Shown here: one piece after another, positions 1 through 12,797 of the stretch | How the letters are laid out: every line of letters begins with the position of its first letter | Numbering within the stretch: position 1 is the stretch's first letter | Origin: Phoronis australis | Taxonomy: Eukaryota; Animalia; Phoronida | Reading direction: 5' to 3' | Length of the DNA stretch: 64,000 nucleotides | NCBI GenBank assembly: GCA_002633005.1 | Contig: NMRA01000137.1 | Coordinates: 744,001-808,000 of the forward strand | The notes under the pieces: model-generated | Told to the model about the DNA's origin: nothing | Seen by the model: the letters and a program-made list of their open reading frames with translations, nothing else | Databases searched by the model: none | Program-made: the position numbers and the translations under genes

Positions 1-893
1 ACGAAATTACCAAGCTTAGTGCTGGAAAAACATCTATTTTTCATGTAAGGTGTCCTTAATATCAAATTACGGCAACACCCACGGCAATATGCCTGATTGC
101 ACTGCGGCACTGGTCGGTTCCACTGTTAGTGCCGGAAAGCGGTCCCGGCAGACGATCGTCGTGACTTGGAAAAATGCGTCTCGTTTTTTTATCGTGAAAG
201 ACAGCAAATGTGAAAATGACATCCGAATTAATCGCCAAACGACGGGCATGTCTTTACGCGCTTTCGGCATAGTAGAAACCCACACCGTCGTTGTTGTGAA
301 ATTTGCAGTGAATTGTTTCCGCGTATCAATGTCATTCAGCGAGTAGGGCAACGTTTCACGAATTTCTTCCGACAGGATGTTTTTTCAAACGTTAAGTTGA
401 AAAGTTTGGCCTGCGAACAGATGGAAGGAATTCGCACTCAGCAGAGTTATCAGTCTTTGTATCCTTAACGACTTTGATGACAGTCATATAGCAAGTCAGT
501 CCTAGAAAAGTCGCGGATATTTTTTCAACATGTATTTTCTTCTTTTTCACGTTGCACACTTAGCCAATCGAATGCATGTGTCGGTTAGAGAGCACTGATT
601 TAACTTTCACGTCGGCAACTGCCTTGCGCTCCAGGGTCTTTCACTGGATGGCGCCAGTGAAGAATGGTAACGCGGTGCATTCATGATATGCTTGTAAGAA
701 CTCAGTTTTGCGACATGAAGAGCATAATCTAGGCATTTTCTTATGACGTAAAAGCCAATTTTGGTCCGTAAAAATGGTGGGAAATTTTCGCGACCTGTAA
801 TTTATGATTGCGAGCTGAATTTTGAAAATGCGACCTAGGATTTTGGCTTGGTCGCAAAATGCGACCTGGCAATTTTCATAGCGTCGAGCCCTG
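1..893. mobile_element. Right end of a non-autonomous hAT-like DNA transposon in a PPP4R2 intron
   Basis: Ends in GTCGAGCCCTG (883-893), the reverse complement of CAGGGCTCGAC that opens the related element at 60382. Both carry clustered subterminal TGCGACCT/TGCGAGCT repeats. Left end lies outside the window or is unrecognisable. Confidence 0.55.
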
Positions 894-1037
894 GTGAGTG
901 GAAATTAGCGCCTTTGAAGGAAACTATCCACCGTTACATGATTACTCTAGTTAGTCAGCTAGTTGGTTAGGCGGCGCTATCGTCTCTTATAGGCGCTTCA
1001 TACACCTGAAGGTTTTCAGTGAATTATGCCTCACACT

Positions 1038-1582
1038 GATTAATCCGTCTAAGTCACGTTGCTCTAGGTACCTTTTGCGCATGGGGGGACACCTTAGGAG
1101 GCCATCGACGTCTAATTCCTTCCAACTCGAACAAATACTCCTTTAATCAAACTGTACCTCGAGCAGTCTTTCGTTCGGTTGCCGAAATTGGCAACTGGTA
1201 GTTTTTACAGTGCAGGTGCCTGGAGATTGACTTCATATCACCGTGTATGCTGCTCAGTAAAGGCAGTGACACTGTCTAGCTAGCTGGTAGCTGTATAGAC
1301 TAGAGAGTACCACTGTCTGAACTGACTCCATTAGAGATGGTGGTCATCCCATGGGCCCTTCATGCACCAAAAGCTTTTTGACAAATTGTGATTAAGCCAT
1401 CAAAGTCACATTGCTATAAGTATCTTTTGTGCACCTTAGGAGGCCATTGATGTCTCGAAATCTTCCCAGTTCAAACAAATACTCCCACAATCAAACTTTT
1501 TTCAAACAGTCCACCGTTCCGTTGTCCAAATCGGCAACTAGCCGTTTTTATACTAGTCGCGCCAGGGGATATGACGTCACAT
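1038..1582. repeat. Diverged direct repeat, two ~200-bp copies (about 1038-1238 and 1389-1582)
   Basis: Colinear shared blocks TGATTAA..AAGTCAC, CACCTTAGGAGGCCAT, AACAAATACTCC..AATCAAACT and GGCAACT..GTTTTTA about 350 bp apart. Confidence 0.7.
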
Positions 1583-1994
1583 GTTAGCCTCTGTCCGTCC
1601 TGTCCTGTTCCTTTTGGTGCATGAAATAACTTACTACCCATTTTAAACCAACTGGTTTTTGAGTTTTTTTATTCCAAAGTCATTTCCAATTTTGTGTTAC
1701 AGGTGTAGACCAGTTTGTCAGTTGCAGTAAAATCCCACCAGATAATATGATTGATAAGTGAAATTTTATTTTTTTCATTTTTTTCTTGAAAGATAACTCG
1801 CACCAAATTTATTTATTGCTTTACCATGTTCAAACTCTATACCCTGTCATCAGATATTTTTAAATGAGACCATTCACAACAATGTCACAGGCAAATGAAA
1901 CATGAAGAAATGGCCGTTTCGGCAAATATGTTTGTCCGAAATTGGGGAGCTCTTACTGTATACCATTAAATGGCGAGTCGTATTTACGTTGCAG

Positions 1995-2165
1995 GTTTCC
2001 ATGGCCAAAGTTACTTCCGTTGTTTGCTCGAAAACTGGACAATGTCATGCGATGGTTCAATGAAGAGTGTCCGACAGAAAACCTGGCGATGTCCAAGAAC
2101 TCTGAGAAAGTGCTATTTGAAGAGATGCGCTCGAGATTACTGAATCAACTTAATACATTCACAGG
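1995..2165 (+). CDS. PPP4R2: PPP4R2 internal exon (FPWPKLL...NTFTG)
   Basis: ttgcag|G acceptor, GG|gtaat donor, phase 2/2; lies in ORF 1942..2169. Confidence 0.88.
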
Positions 2166-5100
2166 GTAATAGTTAATACCACCGTACTAAAATTTACAAA
2201 CCCTGATTTTTTTGTTGGCAGGTTTTTGTGGCTTAGTAAGATTATGCCTTCAACTTTTACCATTTTTAATTTGACGTAATTTTTTCTCAGTGAAATTTCA
2301 AGCAAAATTCTGGCTAATTTTAAAATAATTCAGTGTTATTTTTTGTCTGGTTCTATTTTGCCTTTTTGCCACATTTTCAAGGATGTCATGCAAATTTTTA
2401 TTAATTTTTTTTTGACTTTTTTTGGAAAATTACTGTCAGTAGTTATATTGTAAAATAAAGCAGCGTGCTACTTTTTCATTAACCAAGTTTTGATTTACGC
2501 CACTTACTGTTATGAAATTAGTCTGAGATTGTTCCTTTAATCAAAGGAAAGAAGTGAAAATTCACTATTTCTCAAGACCAATTGAAATTTCATGGGCTTG
2601 GTTTGAAGAAGTAAACAAATCCGAGACCAGGGGTGACTTCAAAACTCAGTAAGGAACAAAACAAAGGTCAGTTTTATAGCGCTATGTAGCTTATATCAAA
2701 ACTTGTTTTTGACGGAAACCAAATTAAGCAGATACATAAAAATCTCACCAATTTCAGACACAAGTGATTGCCAAAGTTGCTCGTTTTTTTTCATTTTTCA
2801 AGGGCTTCTAATGTTGTAAATGTCCACAGTTCGGCAAAATATTATCTATTGATTGTGATGGTGCAGTGCTCAAGCTCAGAAAATTCGGTGCTGCAAATCT
2901 TACATGGAAAAAATGAGCAATTAAGATTTGGCTCGTCCGGCATATTATGTCCCCAAGTGAGTGAGATTTCACCTTACTAATTTTTTTACACCATTTTGCT
3001 CTTAAATGTTGTATTTTCTCCTCAGAGCTCCCTTTACAATACAACGACTGTGTGAGCTGGTGACGGAACCTCAGAAACACTACAAGAGGACAGACAAGTT
3101 CTTGAGGGGTATCGAACGGGTGGGTTGAAATGCTCGGTGTTTTTTGTTGGGCTAGCACATAGTCGACCCTGAAACATGGAAGCCTTTTATTGGAAGGGGT
3201 GGAGTACATTCCGCGCTTTTGCTGGAGTTTAAATTTGTGAAGACCTGCAAGACAAGTTAAAATCGCAAACTTCGGACTAGAGTAAATGAAGTGTTAGGAA
3301 TTTTAATTGTCTGTATTAACAAAAAAAAAAACAAAATAAGGTTCCACCCCAAATGTGAACCAAAACGAAGGTTTGCAGAGAAGATTTGGTGTTTATTTTT
3401 CTTTGAGAAATTTGTCTAAAATGAAATTCCATCTTGCAGTCATAGGCTGTGCTAAATAGGCGAAAAATTACAGCGTACTCCAGCGCAACATGGCTGATAT
3501 ATGACTACTGACCATGGTACTCTGGTTGGATTGTAACCTGTTATTGCTCCCACATGAGAAAGTTTGCCAACGTGACAAGTATAAGTACAGGTCTGATACA
3601 GGTTCTGTTAAGAAGTAACGTGTTGCAGATTCTGTTGATTAAGTGCTGTACACCTTCTGTTTAACTTGATCATTTAAAAGGGTCGCTGTTGGTTTTGTGG
3701 ATGAAAAACACGCTTTTGAGATTCTTTTTGGATGGGAGAGTCTTTGAAGTTATCAGCTTTGACCAGTGCTGTAGAACAGTGAAATTTCTTGTGGTTTGTA
3801 CTTCTATTGCATATTGTCATTTCTTCCATTGTCTGCCAGACGGTCACTGAAACCAACTTGTTCTAGAGATTTTACCAGTTAAATATGCCTGATTGCTCCG
3901 AAATGTATCGAGTGTATTGTCAGACTGCAGCCGTGGGAGTTGCAGATTTAATTCCGCGCTGAGGTTGGTCTCGGAAAATCATTTTCCTCATCGATAATAT
4001 CCCTCTTTAAAGCTGTAAGATCCGTCAAAATATTTCCAGTACCACGATAGAATTTTATGTACATCACCACGGTGAACATTGAAAGTATTTACAAATCAGA
4101 AAAGACGGTCCAGAAAAATTTGTCTGCTGCCATGCATTCACAGGTTAGAGTAGATGACGTGCTGTGGAATAACGTTATTAATTTTATTTTGATAACTAAG
4201 TACATGTAACTTTTTATTATGTTTCAAGGTAAACTGTATCGATTACTGGAATTCAGGACAACGGGTGGCATGTCTGCCTGCCTCTAGTGAACATCAGATT
4301 GTCTATTAATGATATGGCCACTAGTCGTGGCTTTATTTTATATCTTAAAAAATTCATAATCACTCCTCATAAAGCACAACATCGTGTCTTCAAAATTAGT
4401 ATCCAAGTCAAAATATGCGAGAGGCAGCTGCAACATGATGATGTCCACTTCTTTTCCACAAGTGGTTCAATTTCTTAATATCTTCCTCAACTGGATGACG
4501 GAAAACATAGTAATGTTGTTCATAACCACTGTGGTCTTATAGAATGTCCTCGTCGTCAGTACCGTCGACACGCATGGCAGAAAAATTGTGCGGGAGGAGA
4601 CCAAAATGCCAGTGGTCAATGGAGACCTTAACGGCTCACCAGATGGTGCTTCGGCCACACACACAAATCCTCATGCCTGGGTGACAGGACAGATCACCAC
4701 ATCATGGCTAGCCACTGACCGGGACGGTGCGTAACTTTGGATCAATTTTGAGACGACGCAGTCTTGTGTTAACTGTGATTAGCGTGTAATCGTTGACCTT
4801 CTTGTACATCACTTCCGTCACAAATTCTGAAAAAAAAAATTCTGCCATCAATTTTACGCAGTTTTAAACAGGCCCTTGATCTGCAGTGGTTTAAGGAATG
4901 TTATTGCTGTATTCAATTGAGAGAGCCCTCCAGTGTAAGTGCCACCTATTGTGAAGTTGAAAGTTTCCTGAATACCTACTATTTAGCTTTTGATTTCTTT
5001 AACATGTCGGGCACAATCAATCTCACTTGCAGATGAGAGCGAGTCTTGTGAGAGTCCCAGCAAGAGGCCGCGCCTGTCCAACGACGGTGTCAAAGTGACT

Positions 5101-6601
5101 GATACCACACCTACCTCAGCCAACGAAACTCCGCCCAGCAATAGCACATCGACCATAGGTGAGTTTCATCCAAACATTGTCGCTGTGAAACACATTTGTT
5201 CATAAGTACAGTGGAATACATGANGTTCCAATATTCACTTGACATAGAAGTATAAAAGAGTTCGTGGAGACAGTTTGAGATTCATAGATCCTTATAAATG
5301 AAAAAAATGTTCATTGAAATTATAGACACATGGTGAACAGAGACACCTGGTGGCTGCCAAAAGTATTGCTCACAGCTACTTTAGTTTTTGACAATATTGG
5401 ACAAGACAACTAGTTCTTGTCTGTCAATCATCCAAGTTCTTAACAGATCCTCCTGGAGGCAATTTGTTTGCAAGTGTTGGATTTTATATTTTAACCTCTT
5501 AAAAATAATTTAAAAATTATGGAGAAATAAATGAAAAGTATGGGCGGTGGGTACGAAATAAAAGTGCCTTCCCCCCTCCCATACAGATTTTGCTGGAACA
5601 GCCCTAAATAAAATTCCACCTGAGACGAGTAAAAATGGTGTGGGATTTGTTTTTCTTACTCATCGTTAGGGTAATCATGGCGTTCCAAACCTTTACCCTT
5701 GGTTATGTGTTTTTGTATTTTTTTTCAACAAAAACGCCAAATCTTTGGTGAAATTGGTGTAGGTGGGTATTTTTTCTTTCTGTCTTTCTTTCTTGTTTTT
5801 AGTCAGTGAGCGTAGGTCTAAAAGTGAGTCGGGGTAGAGACCAGAGCCAACTACACTTCTTTGACCTTACAGAATTACTTGGTGAGGTTGGCTAAATGAT
5901 AGCACCTTGTGTTTGTAGATACGAACCCTATGGAAGAAAATGAAAGTCCAGCCAGCTCCACCTCTGTCTCTGCGTCATCTGAAGCCAGCGACAGTTCTCC
6001 TGACAACAGCAGTTATCCATCACCTGGTGTTGAACATGTGAGTTGTGTCGGTGAGAGTCAGATGGACAGGAATACAGGTAGTAACTCTTGTGAACACGCC
6101 GCAGAAAAGGACGAGTTCAGTGTAGGTGCTGAAACCGATTCAGAAAACTCTAGTGTAACCACTGGCGACACAGTGTCTTCTTCAGATTGTGTTTCTGGTA
6201 GTTGCGAGCAACTTAAGTCCGAAAATGAGGTTGGTCGGGTGATGTCTGAAGCTTCCAACTCGGATTTGTCGGCGTTTCAGATCGAGGATAGCATGGGTTT
6301 CGAAACGTCCAATTTAAAGCCAGACAGTGCCCCTTCCGCCAACAGCGGGGACAGAACTGCATGTAGCCAGTCGGAAAGTGACACGTCGCCAGTCATGAGT
6401 GAAGGGGGAGATCGACTGGCTGGTAGTTCTGGGGATGCTGACGAATCAAATAGTGCAGTGTCCAGTTCAGATGCATCAGGCGATGGTGGAGAAAGTCGAG
6501 GAGTGCTAGAGTCCCCTGCCAGCACAACCGCTGACTGCGAGCCAAGCACACAAGGGGGGAGTGTAGTGGTGGAAAGTGAGGAGCCAATGGATGCTGAATG
6601 A
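1995..6601 (+). CDS. PPP4R2: Serine/threonine-protein phosphatase 4 regulatory subunit 2, 5'-partial. Exons 1995-2165, 3026-3119, 4543-4726, 5033-5158, 5919-6601
   Basis: Spliced translation [18 protein letters not shown]...[17 protein letters not shown]|[31 protein letters not shown]|NVLVVST matches the PPP4R2 signature ([12 protein letters not shown]...Y...DKFLRG.EKNV.VVS). The acidic Ser-rich tail ends EEPMDAE*, like human EEPMEQD*. All junctions are GT-AG and phase-consistent. Confidence 0.92.
3026..3119 (+). CDS. PPP4R2: PPP4R2 exon ([31 protein letters not shown])
   Basis: ttctcctcag|A acceptor, CGG|gtggg donor; most conserved family motif; absent from the ORF track. Confidence 0.92.
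4543..4726 (+). CDS. PPP4R2: PPP4R2 exon ([14 protein letters not shown]...DRD)
   Basis: ttatag|AAT acceptor, G|gtgcgt donor, phase 0/1, open frame. Confidence 0.85.
5033..5158 (+). CDS. PPP4R2: PPP4R2 exon ([16 protein letters not shown]...STI)
   Basis: ttgcag|AT acceptor, G|gtgagt donor, phase 1/1; contains NLS-like PSKRPRL. Confidence 0.85.
5919..6601 (+). CDS. PPP4R2: PPP4R2 last coding exon, acidic Ser-rich tail
   Basis: tttgtag|AT acceptor; ORF 5909..6601; ends EEPMDAE-TGA. Confidence 0.88.
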
Positions 6602-8878
6602 GGTTTTGTTGGGATTCGTAAGCCAATGAAGTGAAGAGTAGCATGAACGAATGCAAGGAAAAGGCCAGAGGATGTGTACGTACTCAGTAGTCCTCAAATG
6701 CCGTTGCGGGTTGTCGTTTTAACGACTGTCTCTTGAACTGAACTCATTGCCAAATGAATGCTCTTAATCTGTGTGAAGCAGAGATCTCACTTTTTTACGA
6801 GAATGACTGATAATGTCCTCAAAATGAATCTTAAGCATTGAGCTGGTACTTGTGAAGGACTTCTACTATGTGATTGCTAAAGGAATTGCCCTCAGCCTTC
6901 AAAGGATCAACCGTGCTTTGACTTCCTGTCTCCACATGATGTTTTGGCCATATTGGCTGAAGGTGCGTTGGATGTGAAAGATTGACAAAGTCATTCTTGT
7001 GCTGTAACAGCAAAGCATGCACAGGTTGGAAAATTTTACCCTAGTAAGGTGAAATCCAACTTATTTGAATGACGTGGTCGAGTGCTCGTATTAGAACAAT
7101 GGTACCACGGAACTTTGTCCAAGTCGGGCAAAAATCTGACTTTTACGTGCCCAACTTATGCGAGGTGTACTGAAGCTCTTATGCTCTTTACAAGTTGAAA
7201 CAGTACAGGTGAAAATCTGCATAAGAATACATCGCGACAGTAAAAATGCTGTTTACACTTTGTGTGCAAATACGAGCAGATTGATACTTTTAAGTGTCGG
7301 CAATAAAGTGAATGCGCTAAGTAGAACATCCCATGTGATTGTAATGACGGACTCCATGCTTACTGGGTGGTGCATGCGGAGAAAACCTGCTTTTTGACGT
7401 CTGAATAAATAGAGAGCAAAGTGCCGTTCATCACATGGCTGTTTGGGATAAGGTCCCCCGTGGTTACCTGATCACTTTCCTTCACCAGCACCACCTAGTG
7501 GATTTAGAGTTCCCCATTTCAAATTCCCACTTGTCGTTCCTCATAGAGGTCAGATTGAGTTGAATCCTTTTTCAGTCGTTGTAGGTTACCGAATAGATTG
7601 GTTAGTCACCATCATACAGAGATTGGAATTTCCCTGTTTTAGGAGGATTTCCTCTTTTTTGGTTTAATTTACTCTTTTGATTTCCAGTTCCCTCTCTTTT
7701 TATCTCAGTTATCATTTTGACGTTATTCAGGCAAAAACGTTGATTTCAGTAAAATTTTACACCAAAAAAAATTCTATCTCACAAGCCTGTTTATTTGTGG
7801 AATGGTATATCACCTGGAAATTTTTTGTCTTTTTGTCATTGGTCACTCCAAGCCCTGATCATAATGGTAAAAAAGATAGGATTCCCTTATTATCTCACTG
7901 CCTTTGAGGTTGTAGGTAGCCGTTTACCAGTATTGTGTTTTTTGTGGGATAAGATCTCAGGACTGCCTGAAAGTTATACCTTTATGTCATAGTCTTATCT
8001 AGTGAATGTCGAGTTCGTTATCGCCATCTTGTGAATGCTCAACTACCATTTTTTTATCCAGAGCTGAAGACCGTAAAACTTTCATTGAAGGTTGACCAGT
8101 CCGTAAAGTTTTCGACTCTCAAGTATAATTTTCCGGTCTTGCACTGTAGGCTTGATATTGTTAGTGTCTAGGAACTGGGGCGAACTGCTTGTCTGGTTTG
8201 AAATTTTTAGTTTATCTAATCTTTGGTTGAGCAGGGGTAAATTATTGTAAAGCGCATTCTTAGAGCCAGTCCGCACTGTGTAAACCATTGTATTTTGTTT
8301 CCTGAATGGCGTAACTGGATATCCATTTACAAACACTTTTTGCCTACATCTTGCTCACCCTGGTTTTACAGTACTAGGTATCACTGGTTTACAAGTATTT
8401 GCTTTGAAAAATACATTTAGATCCTTAGATGATAGAATGTTATGTCACCAAGCAAATTAAAACACTGAAAAGGTAATTACCACTTTGACATTAGAGGTTA
8501 TGTTTGTATGTAATATTGACATGAAAATGTGAGGTCACCAAATGAATGCAGAGGTGGACTCTGGAAATGTTTACATTCAGTACAAATTCCAGGGTCAAAA
8601 ATTGAAATGTCCAAGGTCACCAAACTCCGCTAGACTCAACATTTTAGGAAATCTACTAATTTTGGACACCATCCGAGTAAACCCTCTTCTTGTACTCTGC
8701 GATTGGTCAGTTTTCAAATCAAGTGGTCTATTCAGGTTTCCTAGCCAATCAGGCTAATACTTGGGAGTTAGTTAATTTGTTTGTTTTACTAGACAGCACA
8801 TATATCAAGGGCAACATGTTGTAAATGTATTGTGCTGGTGCTCTTAATATTCACATTTGTAAATGTAAAATGTGTAGA

Positions 8879-8884
8879 AATAAA
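8879..8884 (+). terminator. Candidate distal polyadenylation signal of PPP4R2 (proximal candidates at 7302 and 7404)
   Basis: AATAAA preceded by several TGTA motifs, as is typical of 3' UTR ends. Confidence 0.4.
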
Positions 8885-9323
8885 TAATTATTTATCGTTA
8901 AAGCTACATTTGCAAGCTACAGGCACGCTCCAAACTAGAGATTCTGTATTGAGCTGTGTTAAGAAGGGATGGCTCACATTGGAGATGTTTCATGATGGAA
9001 ATTACTTTTTGAGATGTCAAGAAACATAAGGTTCGGCTGGGGGTTAACATCAGAATTCAGTAAGTCGTCTGTAGATTAGGAAAAATTATGCAAGTACTCT
9101 GAGGGAGCAACAGATGTCCGCTTTTGAAAATGTTATCTCAGATGGTACCTTCGCTGGTCTTGCTCTGACCATAAGAAAAACAACTGCTATTATTCAGGTT
9201 ACGTTTACTGGGATTTTTACCCTGGTAGAGATTAACTACTAATTATACTATACATTAGTCTAGTTACAAAAACATTGGATATGTTTAATAACTTCCACAA
9301 CTTGGTCCGCATTACAATTTTCA

Positions 9324-9662
9324 GGGGCGCATTCAACAACTGAGAGGCCACTCGTGCAAGGTTGTTGATAATCAGTGAGTGAACAGGGCTCTCGCTCATC
9401 TGAGGAAAGTGCGTGCCTTCTGAAGGGGAAAATTTTTGGTTGACAGAGGAATCACCGTTGCCACAAATTCATCCCCCCCCCCGCGGTTTTGTAGAAGCGA
9501 AGCATCGAAGGCCCTGGTGTGAACAAATCATTACTAATTCAACATTTTGGAGTAGTCGTGCAATCGCACAGCAGCATACATTTTGCTAGCACCTTTCCAG
9601 CGAGACCTTGCATGGTTTTGTGCAATCTCGCTGTTCCAAGAAGCTCCCGTTGAATGCGTCCT
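9324..9662. mobile_element. MITE, PIF/Harbinger-like, between the two convergent 3' ends
   Basis: Terminal inverted repeats GGGGCGCATTCAAC ... GTTGAATGCGTCCT; target duplication not clean. Confidence 0.5.
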
Positions 9663-9769
9663 TTACTTAATGAGGAAAAGCCAAAGTGATACTAACATGC
9701 CAGTGATCGTTGCAGGACATGGCTCTTTGACAAAACTGCCCACGTCCAAGATAAAACCATAAAATCAAT

Positions 9770-12604
9770 TTTAATAGAAAATCAACTACGACGAAATACA
9801 AGACACAAAAGAATTGCACTTAGTGGGAAACTGGAAACGGGACTTGGAATTCCCAACATGTTCTACTGTACTTGCTCAAGTACACAGAAATACAAATGTT
9901 CTACCGTACTTGCTTATGACAAAAATACCAGTTCATGTTGACCGTCTGCAGATCTATACAAATTCATCGGGTACTTGAAGAAGTTACAAACAAAAGGAAA
10001 GAATGGAGATTTCCTATGTTCACACGTAACAAAGAATTGTACATTGGCATATCCTAAAGGAACCTTCCAACACATTTCAAGAAGAACAAGGACATCTGTC
10101 AGATTTCATGACACCAGAGTACTTAAGAGACATTGACCAACCAAAGCAATAATCCAGTAAAGTCTCGCCAATCTGAACAGCAAACTGAATTCTGTTCTTC
10201 AATTCTAGTTTTTCAATAAAGTAACCGGAAAACCAATAGAGAGCTGTTACAGTATTATTTTCAAGGTCTTATTGGATATTTTGAAAACTTGTGAGGATCC
10301 ATAACGTACGAAGTCATTGACCATTCATAAGCAAATTCTTCTGTCCAAAATTGGCGAGATTCTCCTGCATGAAGATTTTTGCATATGTTGCCCAGCAAGA
10401 TATTGCGGTATGGACATGACTGACCAGAACAGTGTTTATCGAAGGCCAAGCGTGCCAAATAGTACACGTTTAGAAGTTTAGGTGGCGCTGCATTTCCATG
10501 AAAGAACATCAACTCATCAGAAATTAGGTTCTCTTTGCTTCGACAGTCTCTTGGCATCTGGATAAACAATACTGTTTCAGAAAGTTGACAGCATATCCTC
10601 ATGTTGAAAACTGCCAAAAATTCTTAACAAAAATTTCCAACTAACTTTCAAATTATTCAGTGTTAGCTTTTGTCGCAGCCCCTTCTGGACTTTCAACATA
10701 GCTTTCATGAAACCAAATAATTTTTGACAAAAATTGTCAACATTTATGAAAACTACCGTATCATTTTCTTAGACCTGAAATACTTTTGAGTGTCACTGTC
10801 ATTGCTGACCAACAGTGGTGCTATCTATGCAACTTCATCAATTCGTAGCAACACAAGACGTGTTGGGTTTTTTGGAAATAACAGAAAAAAAGCACACGGC
10901 AACAACTTCAACTGGTTCGAACAACTTATTGTAGCTGTCTGTCGCTATAAATCACCAGAGAAAAGCAACACCAAGCTTTAGCACAAGGAGACATTTTGCA
11001 ACTTCAGAGTTACAAAATTCGTTGAATGTAAAATCGAGACTGAAAAGGTTTCACAAAGAAACAAAATGGCTAATGGGCTAATTTGGCAGAGGCGGGAGCA
11101 TTCTGTTTTTTGCAATTAATAAAATGATGCAATAAATATATACATATACATATGTTGAAAATGGGTTCAAGCTATTTTGGCAATAATACAATTAGAATAA
11201 CAAGCTCCGCCTTCGAACACTGATTGGTCAAATGACTAGTCAATGACAAGGCAAAATTTCTAGAAAAATAAATATCTCTGCAAGTGTGGCGACTAAAATA
11301 TACAATGTTAATTCCTAATTTAAACACTAATAATATTAATAATTATCATTATAACAACAACTATGTGCTCCTTGCATCTATATAAATACAAAGAAACAAT
11401 TCTAACAACTAACGAGCAAATATACAATGGAACAGACGAACAAAGCAAGAATCAAAATAGAAACATCACAAGGGAGCTTTTGCAAATTACAAGATTGAAG
11501 TTCATTTGAAGAATGCATGAGAAAACAATGGACAAATTTCCATCACTTCCAACTTAATGACCCTAGACACGTTGGACCTGATGCCACAAACAACAATAGG
11601 AAAGAGATTCAAACAGTGAATCTAGACATTGAATTTCACACAATCAACAATGAAATCGTGTAAAATTAGAAACCCTAACAAAAAGTAATACAAAATTACA
11701 TCCATATGGGTTTGCATGCCGATTCCGTCGAGTTTAAATACAGTAATGAAAGTGGCACCAAGGAAGAGAAAGATAACCTTTGAGTGTGTACATTTTTGTG
11801 GGTTGACTGAATTAAGGAATGAAACATAGCCTTCAAAATTCAATACAGAAGTCAAAGTAATTTTTTTGCGGACAGCGAACACGGTATTAGTTAGTGATGG
11901 TTTTCAAATGTCTCATTCAAAAATGGCTACAGTACTAGAGGCACACATGTACAAATACAATAACAATTTTTTAAGTCATTCAGAGTTCATTTCATGGATG
12001 GAAGAACAATGAACATTAATATCATTTACGATCAATAATCAACTATAAGGATGAGCAATACTTACTAAACGATACAGTCTGTATTTTCTCAGTCCAAGAA
12101 AGAATATTAGTCTCTATTTTGACAAAAATTACATGATGTTACGTTACAGACAAAACAGTATAAAATAACAACTATCCATTTCCACGGATTTACGATTCAT
12201 TTCAACTTAAAATAAATTATGTTCAAGAAAATTTATACCAGTAACTTCATTAGCTAACCACTACTACATAACACAACACTCAAAACCTAATGAAGCAGAC
12301 GTGATTTTACAGCACATAAACATGTGGAGACAACTACTGATGATTCATTGGTATTTATGATGAAATGATTCATGACGACGTAATGAAAAATAATTTGACT
12401 TGCTTTGATCACAAAAATAGTTAATCATTTCCATGAAGGCTGCGCAGTTAATAAACCAGTACGCATCGCCCAAAGAGTTCGCATGTCTCGAGGATCCCGG
12501 AGCATCAGCAGGCACACGTACCACTCCAATGACAACTACTTTGTCGTGGGAATAATCTCCTTGGGGTCACCGTAGCTTTACAACACCGAGAGTCTGCAGC
12601 CATA
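9770..12604 (-). other. Probable ~2.8-kb FoxP 3' UTR with candidate ATTAAA at 9770-9775
   Basis: Strongly U-rich on the - strand from the stop codon down to about 9750; no evident transposon insertion. Confidence 0.45.
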
Positions 12605-12797
12605 CTAATTGCACTCTGCTGAAGTGACAACTGTTGGCATTGGGTGCACGACCTCCCTGTAAGCCGATTTGATATCATAGCGACCGTCTCCGTATGCTGA
12701 AGGACTACGTCGAGGGGATCTACTGGGTTCCCCCTGTTGGCCGTCAACATTACTGTTCTCATTGCAGTCATCCATCTCTTCATCCTGAGGCTCATCC
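12605..12797 (-). CDS. FoxP: FoxP last coding exon ([13 protein letters not shown]...TSAECN*)
   Basis: tgtttcag|G acceptor, phase 2; open acidic frame to TAG at 12605-12607. Confidence 0.75.

Noticed and set aside
6058-6697. Antisense ORFs over the PPP4R2 last exon
   Set aside because: Shadow frames of a low-complexity coding exon.
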